Shown piece by piece: positions 9,822-18,243 of a stretch of DNA of 64,000 bases. Source of the stretch: Verrucomicrobiota bacterium (GTDB lineage Bacteria; Verrucomicrobiota; Verrucomicrobiia; Opitutales; Opitutaceae); contig JBEHWZ010000015.1 in NCBI GenBank assembly GCA_048498955.1, positions 23,437 to 87,436 on the forward strand. The letters run 5' to 3'. The position numbers and the translations under genes are program-made. The notes under the pieces are model-generated. The model made no database searches. It was given only the letters and a program-made list of their open reading frames with translations, and was not told where the DNA came from. Every line of letters begins with the position of its first letter. The stretch's first letter is position 1.

Positions 9822-10865
9822 ATGCGCCGGATCCGAATCTGTTACTTCAATACCTGGGCCGGCGGCCTTGAGCCGGTCGCGGACTACCTTGCCCGCGTGC
9901 CGGCGATGAGCCTGCACAAGCTGGTCGCGAATCCGCAGGACAATGAGTTGCTGCGCAAGGCGCGCCTCGACTGCGATTGGTACGCGGCCAACGCGCGCTG
10001 CTTCGGCGCGATGGCGCACGAGGGAATCGAATTCCTGCCGGCGTGGATCACGGGCAAACAGGGCGTGCTCGACGTGGCTTCCGCGCCGCGCGACCGCGGC
10101 GAAGAACGCTGGTTTATCACCATGGCGCACCAGCCGCAGGCGCTGGGCGAACTCGCCGGAAAGGTTTTTGGCATGCTCACCCGGATGGGCGTGCGGAATC
10201 TCTACTACGCCTTCGACGAGGCGAGCCGGCGCATGGCGTGCTTCAACGCGATCGCGCCTTATCTCGACGTGCTGATCCACGACGAATCGCCGCTCGCGCC
10301 GGAAGGTCGCGCGCGGTTGCGTCCGGGTTGCGCGACATTGCACCGCAGCTGGGTGGCGAACTTCGCGCCGGGCGAGGCGGGTTTCAATCCGGAGCCCGAG
10401 GAGAAGATTTATTTCCTCGGTTCGCAGTTGGGCCTGACGCCGCACCGCCAGCGCCAGATCGATTTCCTGCGGGGGCGCTTTAAGGACAAGTTTGTCGCGA
10501 GCTACGACCACAGCACGCCGGTCGACGGCCGCGCCGCGCTCAACCGCTACAAGGTGGGGTTGTGTCCGGAAGGCCGGATGTTCACCACGCCGGCGATGAG
10601 CGGCTCGCACACCGATCGTCCGTTTTGGTCAGGCTGCTTGGGCATGGTGCCGCTCAGCGAGAACTCCATGGCGGGTGGCCGGCTCGAGGAACTGCACGCC
10701 GCCGGCCTGATCGTGCGCTACGCGCATGGCGACCTGAATGCGCTGGCCGAAGCATGCGAGTGCGCGCTGGCGATGAGCACGGCCGAGCGGAAATTGATCC
10801 ATACGCATTTCAACGCGCACGAGACGGTTGGTGCGGTGGTGGCGGGAGCGCTGGCCGCGGCGTGA
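9822..10865 (+). CDS. Hypothetical protein, possibly glycosyltransferase-like
   Basis: 347-aa ORF with biased codons, ATG at 9822; last gene of glycosylation operon; YKVGLCPEG...DRPFWSGCLGMVPLSE resembles GT-B C-terminal region. Confidence 0.55.
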   Translation: MRRIRICYFNTWAGGLEPVADYLARVPAMSLHKLVANPQDNELLRKARLDCDWYAANARCFGAMAHEGIEFLPAWITGKQGVLDVASAPRDRGEERWFITMAHQPQALGELAGKVFGMLTRMGVRNLYYAFDEASRRMACFNAIAPYLDVLIHDESPLAPEGRARLRPGCATLHRSWVANFAPGEAGFNPEPEEKIYFLGSQLGLTPHRQRQIDFLRGRFKDKFVASYDHSTPVDGRAALNRYKVGLCPEGRMFTTPAMSGSHTDRPFWSGCLGMVPLSENSMAGGRLEELHAAGLIVRYAHGDLNALAEACECALAMSTAERKLIHTHFNAHETVGAVVAGALAAA

Positions 10866-10873
10866 AGCGGCGG

Positions 10874-11070
10874 CATTGTTCACCGGTCATCGCTCAATAG
10901 TCATTGATCGTTTCTGACTGATTTTTCGTTCCGTCATCCTGAGCCGTGCGAAGGATCCAAACGAAAGAGGACGTGGCAGCGTGTTCGGTTGGATCCTTCG
11001 CACGGCTCAGGATGACAATCCTTAGGATCGAAATTGCCAATGAACGGTGAACAATGAACGACGAAAAATT
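10874..11070. repeat. Inverted 7-bp-period array pair (CATTGTT/AATGAAC family)
   Basis: Left CATTGTT CACCGGT CATCGCT CAATAGT CATTGAT; right AATGAAC GGTGAAC AATGAAC GACGAAA. Confidence 0.75.
10933..11016. repeat. REP-like palindrome with perfect 28-bp arms
   Basis: gtcatcctgagccgtgcgaaggatccaa (10933-10960) and its exact reverse complement (10989-11016). Confidence 0.9.
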
Positions 11071-11082
11071 GTTCCCGATCGT

Positions 11083-12945
11083 TCACCGCGCCAGCTGCGC
11101 GAATACGTTCTCGAGCTGTCGCGTGAATCCCACTGCATCGCACAGCGGACTCTTGCGCATGCGCTCGCGGAGCGTGGCGCGCAGGGCGGCGCGGCGGGCG
11201 GGATCCAGCGTGGCTTCGCGGGCGATGCGGAGATAATCCGCGGGCGTCTGGGCGATCCACTCGGGCAGGCCGACGTGGGTGAGCAGGCTGGCGCCGACGC
11301 GGGCGGCGTGGACGCGGCCGGCGAGAGTCACGACCGGCACGCCCATCCAGAGCGCTTCACAGGTGGTGGTGGTGCCGTTGTAGGGGAAGGGATCGAGGGC
11401 AATGTCCACGCCGTGGTATAAACTTAAGTGGTCGGCGACGGAGAGCGCGGCGGCATTGCACGTCACGCGCTCAGCGGTGACTCCGGCCGCAGCGAAAGCG
11501 GCGTGTACTCTTGCGATGACTGCAGGTTCGTTCAGGCCGCGCGACTTCAGGAGCAGGCGCGAGGCGGGCACGGAGGCGAGCAGTTCGGCCCACAGTTGCA
11601 GGACCGCTGGCGTGACCTTGGCGAAATTGTTGAAACAACCGAACGTCACGGCGCCCGGTTCCGCGATCGGACGGACATTGACGGTCGGTGCGGCGGAGTC
11701 GGGTTGGTAGACGGAAAAATTGGCGGGAAGCCGGACGAGTTTCTCGGAGTGCCAGGCTTCGGTCGCGCCTTCGGGATCGCTGATCGCATCCGTCAGGCGG
11801 TAGTCGATCGCGGTGAGTCCGGTCGTGTTCGGGTAGCCGATCCAGGTGGCCTGCACCGAGGCGGGCCGGCGGGCCATCACAAGGAGACGGTGGCCTGCGG
11901 TGTGACCGGCGAGATCGACGAGCAGATCGAGCTGGTCCTGGCGGATGAGATCGGCCGCGGTGGCGTCGTTGAGCCGGGCGATGTCGCGCCAGTGCTCGAC
12001 CAGGCTACGCAGGCGGTCGGTGACGCGATCCGGTTCGCGGACGCTGGCGTAACCGAACACCTCGATGCGCGTTTTGTCATGCGCCGCGAGCACCGGCTCG
12101 ATGAAATAGGCGACCGCGTGGTGATTGAAATCGGGCGAGAGGTAGCCCACGCGCAGGCGGCGTCCGGCCGTCGCTTGCTGCGCCGGCGTCCGGGCGGGAG
12201 CAAGCTTCGCGGCGTGGAGTTCGTTCCAGCGCCGGTGCTCGGCGAACACGTCGGCCGGGTTGGTGTCCGGCAGAAAGTTCAGCGCGAAGAGCAGGTTGCT
12301 ATGCGTCTCCGGCGTGGGCTGGGCCGCGAGGGCCGCGCGGTAGTGGGCGACAGCCTCCGCGAGCAGTCCTTCGGTTTTGCAGAGTCGGCCGAGATTGTCG
12401 TGGGCCGCCGCATAGCCGGGGCGCAGCCGCAGGGCTTCCTGAAACGCGGCGCGCGCGGCGGCGCCTTGCCCGGCGGTGGCCAGCGCGTGGCCGAGAATGT
12501 TGTGCGCTTCGGGGCGTGCTGGCTCCAGCGCGATGGCGCGCTGGAAAGCGGCGATGGCGGAAGCGGTCTCTCCGGCTTCGAGGGAGGCGACGCCGAGATT
12601 CAGCCAGACCGGCGCATTCGCGGGTGCGAGCTCCGCGGCGAGGCGCAGTGCGGCGACGGCTTCGGCGTAGCGGCCGAGTGACTTCAGTACGTTGCCCGCC
12701 TGGTGATGCGCTTCCGCCAGCTTGGGATCGAGGGCGATGGCTTGCTGAAAAGCGGCGAGAGCGGCGTCCGGACGATTCGCGCCGCGCAGCGCGAGGCCGT
12801 GCAATTGGTGGACCGGCGCGGCCGCCGCGTTGGCCGGCACGCGGGCGAGAATCTGTTCGATCAGCGGCACCGCGTCCGCCGGCCGGCCGGCCCGCAAGTG
12901 GGCGAGAGCCTGGGCGTGGAGGGAAGCGGGGGATTGGTCACTCAT
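11083..12945 (-). CDS. TPR-repeat O-GlcNAc transferase-like protein (GT41/SPINDLY type)
   Basis: N-terminal TPRs; LRVGYLSPDFNHHAV, DLAGHT, TWIGYPNTTG, FGCFNNFAK, DPFPYNGTTTTCEALWMGVPVVT. Confidence 0.92.
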   Translation of the reverse strand: MSDQSPASLHAQALAHLRAGRPADAVPLIEQILARVPANAAAAPVHQLHGLALRGANRPDAALAAFQQAIALDPKLAEAHHQAGNVLKSLGRYAEAVAALRLAAELAPANAPVWLNLGVASLEAGETASAIAAFQRAIALEPARPEAHNILGHALATAGQGAAARAAFQEALRLRPGYAAAHDNLGRLCKTEGLLAEAVAHYRAALAAQPTPETHSNLLFALNFLPDTNPADVFAEHRRWNELHAAKLAPARTPAQQATAGRRLRVGYLSPDFNHHAVAYFIEPVLAAHDKTRIEVFGYASVREPDRVTDRLRSLVEHWRDIARLNDATAADLIRQDQLDLLVDLAGHTAGHRLLVMARRPASVQATWIGYPNTTGLTAIDYRLTDAISDPEGATEAWHSEKLVRLPANFSVYQPDSAAPTVNVRPIAEPGAVTFGCFNNFAKVTPAVLQLWAELLASVPASRLLLKSRGLNEPAVIARVHAAFAAAGVTAERVTCNAAALSVADHLSLYHGVDIALDPFPYNGTTTTCEALWMGVPVVTLAGRVHAARVGASLLTHVGLPEWIAQTPADYLRIAREATLDPARRAALRATLRERMRKSPLCDAVGFTRQLENVFAQLAR

Positions 12946-12990
12946 TGTTGATCGATGCCCATAGGCTATGTCGGGCTGAACTGCCTACGG

Positions 12991-13090
12991 CAATTTTTCA
13001 TTGTTCATCGTTCAATGTTCATTGGCTATTTCGAGCCGGAAGAGTGGTTCGAAATGATCAATGAACATTGAGCAATGAACGCTGAACAAT
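12991..13090. repeat. Inverted 7-bp-period array pair (CATTGTT/AATGAAC family)
   Basis: Left CATTGTT CATCGTT CAATGTT CATTGGC; right AATGATC AATGAAC ATTGAGC AATGAAC GCTGAAC. Confidence 0.85.
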
Positions 13091-13107
13091 CCTTCGGGGA
13101 TAGACGC

Positions 13108-13137
13108 AAAAAGCCTCCGACGGGGGGCCGGAGGCTT
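13108..13137 (-). terminator. Intrinsic terminator downstream of flagellins
   Basis: Stem aagcctccg/cggaggctt followed on the minus strand by a T-run. Confidence 0.75.
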
Positions 13138-13275
13138 CTTGGCGGATAGACTGTTGGCTCCTGTGAGCCTGGGGTGATCACGAGTCGGTCGCCGTTCCGT
13201 TCGCCCAGGACCGGCCGCCCTTGCGGGCGGCCGGCGTGGTTGGGCGAATCAGAACAACCACTGACTGGAGACCGG

Positions 13276-14088
13276 TTAACCGATGAGCTTCAGGGCAACC
13301 TGCGAGCTCTGGTTGGCCTGGGCCAGCATGGCGGTGCCAGACTGGACGAGGACGTTCCAACGTGCGAGCTGCGTGCTTTCCTCGGCGACGTCGACATCCG
13401 TGATACGGCTGTTGGCGGCTTCGAGGTTGGCCTTGTTGACCGTGAGCACTTCCGAGGCGAAGCCGAGGCGGCTCTGCTCAGCGCCGTTCTGGGCGCGGAA
13501 CGTGGCGACGTTCTGGATCGCATCGGTGATGTCGGACAGGTCGACGTCGGCGAGCGACGTGACGCTGGAGGCGGTGAGGGCACCGACGCCGGCGGACGAG
13601 CTCGACAGATCGCGGCCCGAGAGGGCGACGCTCTGCTGGCCGTCTTCGGACACCTGGACCGTGAGGCCGGTCGAACCGAACAGCGCGACGCTGTTGAAGG
13701 TTTCGCCGGTGAGGGAATCGAGTTCGCTCTTCAGCGCGGTGAACTCGGAATCATAGTTCGCGAGGTCGCTCGAGTTCTTGGTCGGGTCGGAGTAGAGGGT
13801 CTTCAGCTCGCTCATGCGATCGAGGACCTTGCCGGCGACCTTCATCACGCCGTCCTGCGACTGCAGGAACGACACGGTGTTTCCGATGTTGCTGGCAGCG
13901 GCGCCGGAACGCTTGGCCGCAGCAGACAGCTTCATGCTCACAGCGAGACCGCCCGCATCATCGGACGGATTGACGATTTTCGAACCGCTGGAGAGCCGGT
14001 TAAGGCTTTTTTGCAGCATGGAGTTCGAGGCAGACAGGTTGTTTGAGGCAACCGTGGCCGCGTAGTTGGTATTAATCACGACTGACAT
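13276..14088 (-). CDS. fliC: Flagellin (270 aa, minimal)
   Basis: MSVVINTN...LSSGSKIVNPSDDAGGLAVS; EAANSRITDVDVAEE...QANQ. Confidence 0.97.
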   Translation of the reverse strand: MSVVINTNYAATVASNNLSASNSMLQKSLNRLSSGSKIVNPSDDAGGLAVSMKLSAAAKRSGAAASNIGNTVSFLQSQDGVMKVAGKVLDRMSELKTLYSDPTKNSSDLANYDSEFTALKSELDSLTGETFNSVALFGSTGLTVQVSEDGQQSVALSGRDLSSSSAGVGALTASSVTSLADVDLSDITDAIQNVATFRAQNGAEQSRLGFASEVLTVNKANLEAANSRITDVDVAEESTQLARWNVLVQSGTAMLAQANQSSQVALKLIG

Positions 14089-14126
14089 GGTATCTATCCT
14101 TGATTTGTGCGACCTTCCGTCGTCGC
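14089..14126 (-). promoter_or_regulatory. CsrA/RsmA-type site pair in flagellin leader
   Basis: Minus strand gcgac-gACGGAag-gtcgc hairpin followed by tcAAGGAtagatacc-ATG. Confidence 0.65.
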
Positions 14127-14319
14127 CACGGACCTGGATTGAGAGCGCCGGGTCACGCTTTTCGAGGCGTATGCCTCAAAGTGGGCGGCACGTCACAGAC
14201 GCGCCGAAGGGGAAAAAGAACCATATAGACAACCGCACTTTTCTAGCGGGAACCGGCAATCACTCCGGTCCCCGCGGCGGAACTAACTAGCTAACTGACT
14301 TAACTGGCCGGCTCCGGGT

Positions 14320-15132
14320 TTAGCCCAAGAGCTTGAGCGCGACCTGGGCGCTCTGGTTGGCCTGCGAGAGCATCGCCGTGCCGGACTGGACGAGGACGTT
14401 CCAGCGGGCGAGCTGCGTGCTCTCCGAGGCGACGTCGACGTCGATGATGCGGCTGTTGGCGGCCTCGAGGTTGGCCTTGTTGGTCGTCAGGACCTCCGAG
14501 GCGAAGCCGAGGCGGCTCTGCTCGGCGCCGTTGACGGCGCGGAACGTGGCCACGTTCTGGATCGCATCGGTGATGTCATCGAGGTCGATGTCCGCGAGGG
14601 AGCTGATCGACGTGGAGCTCAGGGCGCCGATGCCATCGGTCGAGGACGAGAGGTCCTTGGCCGTGATGGTGACGGACGAGCTGCCGTCTTCCGAAACCGG
14701 AACCACCAGGTTGCCGGAGCCGAACAGGTCGACGCTGTTAAATTTGTTGTCGGTGAGGGACGCGAGTTCATCGCGCAGGGCGACGAATTCGGAATCGTAG
14801 TTGGCCTTATCGGTCGAGTTCTTGGTCGGGTCGGCGTAGAGGGTCTTGAGTTCGCCCATGCGCTCCAGGACCTTGCCGGTGACCTTCATCACGCCGTCCT
14901 GCGACTGCAGGAACGAGATGGAGTTGCCGATGTTGCTCGCGGCGGCGCCGGAGCGCTTGGCGGCAGCGGAGAGTTTCATCGAGACGGCGAGGCCGCCCGC
15001 ATCATCCGCAGGGTTGACGATTTTCGAGCCGCTCGAGAGACGGTTCATGCTCTTCTGGAGCATATCGTTCGAGGAGGCGAGGTTGTTCGCGGCGACGGTC
15101 GCAGCGAAGTTGGTGTTGATGACGACTGACAT
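14320..15132 (-). CDS. fliC: Flagellin (270 aa, minimal), paralog
   Basis: ATG at 15132, MSVVINTNFAA...; same N- and C-terminal flagellin motifs as its neighbour. Confidence 0.97.
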   Translation of the reverse strand: MSVVINTNFAATVAANNLASSNDMLQKSMNRLSSGSKIVNPADDAGGLAVSMKLSAAAKRSGAAASNIGNSISFLQSQDGVMKVTGKVLERMGELKTLYADPTKNSTDKANYDSEFVALRDELASLTDNKFNSVDLFGSGNLVVPVSEDGSSSVTITAKDLSSSTDGIGALSSTSISSLADIDLDDITDAIQNVATFRAVNGAEQSRLGFASEVLTTNKANLEAANSRIIDVDVASESTQLARWNVLVQSGTAMLSQANQSAQVALKLLG

Positions 15133-15173
15133 GGTGATCTTCCTTGATTTTAAACTGCGACGTCCGTGTCGCA
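15133..15173 (-). promoter_or_regulatory. CsrA/RsmA-type site pair in flagellin leader
   Basis: Minus strand tgcgac-ACGGAC-gtcgca hairpin followed by tcAAGGAagatcacc-ATG. Confidence 0.7.
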
Positions 15174-15235
15174 TTCGACTCGAGAGAAGCGGCTCTCGTG
15201 CTGTCCGGCCTTGGTTCTGATTCGCGGCACTGCAT

Positions 15236-15263
15236 CTAACGGCGCGGTTTCGAAAAACATTTA
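15236..15263 (-). promoter_or_regulatory. Putative sigma28 promoter of flagellin genes
   Basis: TAAA-N16-GCCGTTAG (spacer one base longer than consensus). Confidence 0.5.
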
Positions 15264-15389
15264 GCGAGTTGGCACGGATTTATTTTTTCGCACCGCGTTG
15301 CGCGCGGAATTTTTGCGCGCGGTTTTCCCTCGAAAAAACGGGGTCAAAAAACGGGCCAAAAAACGGCCTCAAAAAATGTTTTGCGGACT

Positions 15390-15415
15390 AAACTTTTAGG
15401 GGGGGTGGCCGATGA
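15390..15415 (+). promoter_or_regulatory. Putative sigma28 promoter of fliD
   Basis: TAAA-N14-GCCGATGA; implies fliD start at 15445 rather than 15412. Confidence 0.6.
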
Positions 15416-15444
15416 AGGAGTGGGGCAGTGTCCCCATCCTTATT

Positions 15445-17166
15445 ATGGCAGACTTATCACTCTCCGGACTCGCCTCAGGCCTCGATTGGAAGTCGTTGGT
15501 AGACCAACTGATGCAAATCGAAGCTACGCCCGTTACGCGCATGCAAACGGAGCAGGATAACAACACGAGCAAGTCCAATGCCCTGGACAATCTGGCGACC
15601 AAAATGAAGGCCCTTCAAACGGCCGCCCAGAACCTCAAGGATCCGACCAATTTTGGCACCCGCGTGGTCACCTCTTCGCTGACCGGTTCGACCTGGTCCC
15701 TCGCCTCCACCGCGGGTTCCGCGTCGAGCAGCCACACGATCTCCGTCAGCCAGCTCGCGACCAAGGCGAGCCGCGCGGGCACGACGAACATCACCGGCGG
15801 CATCGCCGCTACGAGTGACGTCTCGGGCGTCACGCTCGCGACGATGCGCACCGCGTCGTACGTCACCGCCGGCACTTTTTCGATCAACGGCCAGAAGATC
15901 ACCGTCGCCACCACCGATTCGCTGCAGAGCGTGTTCAACGCGATCGCCACCGCGACCAACAACGACGTCACCGGCAGCTACGACCCGGTGACGGACAAGA
16001 TTTCGCTCACGAGCGCGTCGAACGCGAAGATCGTCCTCGGCGCCGCGAACGACACCAGCAACGTGCTCTCCGTGCTGAAGCTCGCGAACAACGACAGCGA
16101 CACCGTCACCAGCTACGGCACGCTCGGCGCCGCGCGCACGAACAGCACGCTCGCCAACACCGGCTTCAACACCGCGGTCACCGCGGTCGACGGCAGCGGC
16201 GCCGGCACTTTCTCGATCAACGGCGTGGCGATCAGCTACAACGTCAACACGGACTCGCTCAGCTCGCTCATGAGCCGCATCAACGGCTCCGGCGCGGGCG
16301 TGACGGTCTCCTACGACGCGACCAACGACCGGATGAACCTCGTCAACAACACCACCGGCGACGTGGGCATCACGCTCAGCGAATCGACCGGCGGCATCCT
16401 CGGCGCGCTCGGCCTGACCAGCGGCTACACCGCCACGCGCGGGCAGAACGCGCAGTATTCCGTCGACGGCGGCCCGACGCTGATGAGCAACAGCAACACG
16501 CTCGACGCCTCCGCGCTCGGCATTGCCGGCCTGTCCGTCACGGTCGACAGCCAGACGACCCAGAAGATCACCGTCGGCGCCGACACCGCCGGCATGAAGA
16601 GCAACATCAATGCCTTCATCACGGCGTACAATGGCGTGCAAACCTTCATCGACACCGTGACGAAGGTCACGACGACCTCCGGCAAGGTCACGACCTCCAT
16701 TCTCTCCGACAATCGCGACATCCAGGACTGGGCGAGCCAGCTGCGCAAAATCGCCTTCGATACCGTCGGCGGCGCGGGCACGATCGACCGCATCGACGAC
16801 CTCGGCCTCGATCTCGACCAGAACGGCCAGATGTCGATCAAGGATTCCACCAAGCTGGATGCCGCGCTCGCGAACCAAAGCGATGACATCGAGAAGTTTT
16901 TCTCCAGCACGACCAGCGGGTTTGGCGCGAAGTTCGACACCCGCCTGACCTCGCTGCTGAAGCTCGACACCGATTCGCAGGATCGCCTGACGAAGGCCAA
17001 CGCGAGCCTGGACGACCAGATCGCCGCCCTGCAGCGCCGCCTCGACCAGCAGCGCGAGTTGCTGACCAACAGTTTCATTGCCATGGAGTCTGCGCAGTCC
17101 TCAATCAAGACCCAGTCGGCCGCGCTTACCAACGCCTTCAGTTCCAGCTCCAGCAGCTCCAAGTGA
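15445..17166 (+). CDS. fliD: Flagellar filament cap protein FliD
   Basis: MADLSLSGLASGLDWKSLVDQLM; SVSQLATKA; GQNAQYSVDG; C-terminal LTNSFIAMESA. Confidence 0.93.
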   Translation: MADLSLSGLASGLDWKSLVDQLMQIEATPVTRMQTEQDNNTSKSNALDNLATKMKALQTAAQNLKDPTNFGTRVVTSSLTGSTWSLASTAGSASSSHTISVSQLATKASRAGTTNITGGIAATSDVSGVTLATMRTASYVTAGTFSINGQKITVATTDSLQSVFNAIATATNNDVTGSYDPVTDKISLTSASNAKIVLGAANDTSNVLSVLKLANNDSDTVTSYGTLGAARTNSTLANTGFNTAVTAVDGSGAGTFSINGVAISYNVNTDSLSSLMSRINGSGAGVTVSYDATNDRMNLVNNTTGDVGITLSESTGGILGALGLTSGYTATRGQNAQYSVDGGPTLMSNSNTLDASALGIAGLSVTVDSQTTQKITVGADTAGMKSNINAFITAYNGVQTFIDTVTKVTTTSGKVTTSILSDNRDIQDWASQLRKIAFDTVGGAGTIDRIDDLGLDLDQNGQMSIKDSTKLDAALANQSDDIEKFFSSTTSGFGAKFDTRLTSLLKLDTDSQDRLTKANASLDDQIAALQRRLDQQRELLTNSFIAMESAQSSIKTQSAALTNAFSSSSSSSK

Positions 17167-17168
17167 CC

Positions 17169-17813
17169 ATGAAACTCCTTTCGATCGCCCTGGTGGCGAT
17201 GCTAACCCTCACCGGATGCGCACAGGTTCCGATGTTCCAGCACGAGGAGCCGCCGACCTACAAGCCGGCCAATTACCGCGGCGACCTCAAGCTGCCAGCC
17301 ACGCTCCAGCGCGTGGCCGTGCTGCCGGCGCATGGCGGGACGGTCGTCGAGGGCGAATCGGCCTCCGCGATGGACTCCGTGATCGTCAAGGCCCTGCAGC
17401 GCCAGGTGCGCTTCGAAGTGGTCGTGATTTCCCGGGAGGAATGCCGCCAACTCTTCGGCGCCGACAGCTTCGGCTCGACCGATGCCCTGCCGCACGGGTT
17501 TCTCGAAAAACTCGGCGAGAAATGCGGGGTCGATGCCCTCCTTTTTACCGACCTGACGGTCTATCAGGCCTACCGCCCGCTCAGTCTTGGCCTCCGCGCC
17601 AAGCTCGTCACGGTGCATGACGTCCGCCTGGTCTGGGCTTTCGACGAGGTTTTCTCGGCTGGCCAGACCGCGATGGTCAACAGCGTCCGGGATTATTACC
17701 GCGAAGGCGACCAGACGGCCCCCGTTGACCCGACCCCGGCCGTGCTCCAAAGCCCGACGCGTTTTGGCGCAGTCGCGGCCGATCTCATGTTCAAGACCCT
17801 GCCGCTGCGCTAA
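17169..17813 (+). CDS. Putative lipoprotein
   Basis: MKLLSIALVAMLTLTGC lipobox; RVAVLP and DALLFTDLTVY resemble CsgG/LpoB-like alpha/beta folds (by eye). Confidence 0.7.
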   Translation: MKLLSIALVAMLTLTGCAQVPMFQHEEPPTYKPANYRGDLKLPATLQRVAVLPAHGGTVVEGESASAMDSVIVKALQRQVRFEVVVISREECRQLFGADSFGSTDALPHGFLEKLGEKCGVDALLFTDLTVYQAYRPLSLGLRAKLVTVHDVRLVWAFDEVFSAGQTAMVNSVRDYYREGDQTAPVDPTPAVLQSPTRFGAVAADLMFKTLPLR

Positions 17814-17849
17814 AACCCGTCTTAATATGTCGTTTACGTGTCTTTCCTC

Positions 17850-17876
17850 TCAAGTTTCGCCCACCGGCGACGATAT
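17850..17876 (+). promoter_or_regulatory. sigma28 promoter
   Basis: TCAAGTTT-N11-GACGATAT. Confidence 0.75.
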
Positions 17877-17947
17877 TCTACCTGTAAGTAACGGCGTTCC
17901 CTGTAACAACAGTCAGAGGCTGACCGTAGTCACCAACGATAAAGCCC

Positions 17948-18229
17948 ATGATTAATTCAACGTCTCCTTCCGATCGCGTACTGCGCCCTGATGGCGTGGT
18001 TCATCATACTCCGACGCCGCCCGACCGCGGCCCGAAGCCTGATCGCTTCTCTCCAGAGAACTCCGCCGCGCTCCAGTCTGCCCTGCAGCGCCAGCCGGCT
18101 GTCCGCCCCGAAGTGGTCGCTCGCGGTCGCGAGCTGGCCGCCGATCCGTCCTATCCGTCGACTGAGATCCTTGGCCAGGTTGCCAAGGTCATCATCAACT
18201 CGCCGGATCTGACCGAGCAGGCCGACTGA
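17948..18229 (+). CDS. flgM: Anti-sigma28 factor FlgM-like protein
   Basis: 93 aa with low-complexity N-terminus; LQSALQRQPAVRPEVVARGRELAADPSYP matches FlgM C-terminal pattern; sigma28 promoter; next to fliS. Confidence 0.6.
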   Translation: MINSTSPSDRVLRPDGVVHHTPTPPDRGPKPDRFSPENSAALQSALQRQPAVRPEVVARGRELAADPSYPSTEILGQVAKVIINSPDLTEQAD

Positions 18230-18243
18230 TCCGTCTCCCGGAC

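Noticed and set aside
14281-14306. aactaactagctaactgacttaactgg as a heptamer array
   Set aside because: AACT recurs at irregular spacing with no consistent period.
15270-15284. TGGCAC upstream of fliD as a sigma54 promoter
   Set aside because: The -12 position reads TATT; a sigma28-type site closer to the gene fits better.
15412-15444. Longer ORF-track starts for fliD and similar N-terminal extensions of fliI, fliR, motB, flgB, the second flagellin and the PAS kinase
   Set aside because: The extensions run through promoters or repeat arrays; downstream ATGs match family N-termini.
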